Part shown: positions 62,162 through 64,000 of the stretch, piece by piece
How the letters are laid out: each line of letters opens with the position of its first letter
How positions within the stretch are numbered: the stretch's first letter is position 1
Source: Piromyces finnis finn
Lineage: Eukaryota; Fungi; Neocallimastigomycota
Assembly (NCBI GenBank): GCA_002104945.1
Contig: MCFH01000037.1
Coordinates: 310,001 to 374,000, forward strand
Direction of reading: 5' to 3'
Length of the DNA: 64,000 nt
Made by a program: the position numbers and the translations under genes
The notes under the pieces: generated by a model
Databases searched by the model: none
Told to the model about the DNA's origin: nothing
What the model saw: the letters and a program-made list of their open reading frames with translations, nothing else

Positions 62162-64000
62162 CTATAAATCATCATTCCAATGTTTCAAGTTATTATCATT
62201 GAATGGATTTATATATTTATTTCTCACATCAGTTTTAATTGAATATTTAAAATCATTTATATAGTTAGAATCACAATTCATTCCTAATGCTTGACATATA
62301 TATCTATATTTTGAAAGGATCCAATACTTTAAACCATACGCTTCTGTATCGAATAGAAAATTATATATAGTTGTGTATTCACTATTAGCGTCCCATTGTG
62401 CCACAGAATAAATTTTAACAGAGGCATTAAATTGACCTGGATATTTTCCGTTAATATCAGGTTCTTTATCTTTTTGAACATATGGTTTAATTATCTTCTT
62501 CAATTCATCAATATGAGGGAATAATATTGCTGGGTTAAAAGATTTACTAACTATTTCTTTTAAAATACTTACAAAACGTTCAGGATTATTTATAATTAAA
62601 ATATTAATCAAATTACTTTTACTGGATCCAATCCAATCTACAAATGACTGTTTAGTATAGTCTTTATTCTCATCTTTGCTATATTGAAATAGATCATAAT
62701 TGATTTGCCTATTTTCATCTTCTTGAATTGACATATTGGTGATTTTATTTAAATCTTGTCCAAATTCTGCATCAAAGTCATAAATTAAATATTTCCATTT
62801 ATTATCATTTGCTTTATAGAAATAGAAATTATGATCGCTTGTGGGATAATGGTCCCATGAACCAAAAAGATATTCAAGTGCTATTTCTTTTAAAAATAAG
62901 TCAATATCTAAAATATTTTCTACATCATCCGCTTTTTTTGCTTGTTCTATTGTACTTAAAAAATTTTTCCATTCTGAATGATTTGTTACATTTTCATTTT
63001 CATTTGGACAACCTTTATATGATTGTTCATTCAATCCATATGGTAGATTCTCGCATTTATATAATGTTGATGTATTTTTTTCACCAAAAACATATTCTAT
63101 CCAAGACGGTTTAATAGAATCCATTAAAATATAAAGGCCAATATATTCGTCATTTATATAGAGAGTAATGTAATTTGCAGAAATAGATGGAAGTCCTAAA
63201 CGATTATGAATATCACAGGCTAATTTGCTTCTTAAATATGTTGCATCACGAGCTCCAGGTCTTAATTTAAATTGCTTACGACCATACAAATTTTTTTTTC
63301 CACGAATTTTAATATTAATACATGGTTTGCCATACTCATTAGAACTTCTCCCACCAACTTTTACGGTCATTTCTTTAAACTTTTCTATTTTACTATTGTT
63401 ATATGTACTTTAATAATTAGAGTTTGATTATAAAATGTATAATATATTAATATATGAGGGAAAGGGCTATAAATCAATATAAATTTATATACTAAATATA
63501 ACTAAATTAATAAATACCCATTTAACTCAACAACCATCGAACTATTCTTTGTTTTATATTTTTTGGAATATAAAATATCATATTTTTCAATAGGACTAAA
63601 AACATTTGAAATCTTATTATATATTTTTACTTGTTTATCAGTTGTGTGCTGAAATTTATTTTGAAAAACATCTATAATATGTGTAATATTTATAGATGGA
63701 TTGTATTCTAACAGTTGTTTATTTAAAATAATATCATTTGAAAAATTAAATTCTTTAAAATTATTTTTCATTGACTTTAAACTTTCTAATATTTCATTAT
63801 CATTTATAATTGCATAACCTTTTTCATTTATCTTTAGTTGAGGAAGTAATTTAATATAATTATATTCAGGATATACTTCTTTAAAATTTATATCTTTTAA
63901 TATTTCTATAAAAGCTTTTAATTTTTTGGTATACTTTTTATTAATATAGTATTTAAAACTTTCCTCATGATGAATAGCATTATATTTAATTTTTTGAAAT
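62162..64000 (-). CDS. cotH: CotH-family protein kinase, 5'-partial; exons >64000-63518 and 63407-62162
   Basis: Phase-2 GT-AG intron 63517-63408 joins MVVELNG to TYNNSK..MTVKVGGRSS; the upstream frame stays open to the window edge; motifs FKLRPGARDATYLRSKL, GLYILMD, WDHY..HNFY, YDFD. Confidence 0.88.

Overview
Extremely AT-rich eukaryotic DNA with spliceosomal GT-AG introns. The gene content (CotH kinase, CBM1-pectate lyase, GH3, CBM18-CE4, bacterial-type CysK) points to an anaerobic gut fungus (Neocallimastigomycota); this is an inference, not a database result. I can support about 14 protein-coding genes. Several are spliced and are missing or fragmented in the ORF track: SPC2 (5 exons), PTC1-type PP2C (7 exons), CBM1-PL3 (2 exons), a 4-exon 688-aa hypothetical, a two-exon ~1300-aa PEPK-repeat protein and a partial CotH. 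The mobile DNA is the most interesting part. (1) An 8.3-kb LINE locus (46178-54468, minus strand) sits inside one 12-bp TSD. It holds a full-length single-ORF APE-RT element, a 5'-truncated sibling joined to its poly(A) tail, and an older relic alongside. The element begins exactly at two tandem 124-bp monomers that fold, on the sense strand, into three stems plus a possible loop-loop pseudoknot (candidate new ribozyme or promoter module). (2) Two inverted copies of a B-box, poly(A)-tailed SINE-like element flank the pectate lyase gene and differ by a clean inversion of an internal 125-134 bp segment. Also present: an orphan decayed LSU rRNA P-loop fragment and a secreted transglutaminase-like protein lacking two of its three catalytic residues.
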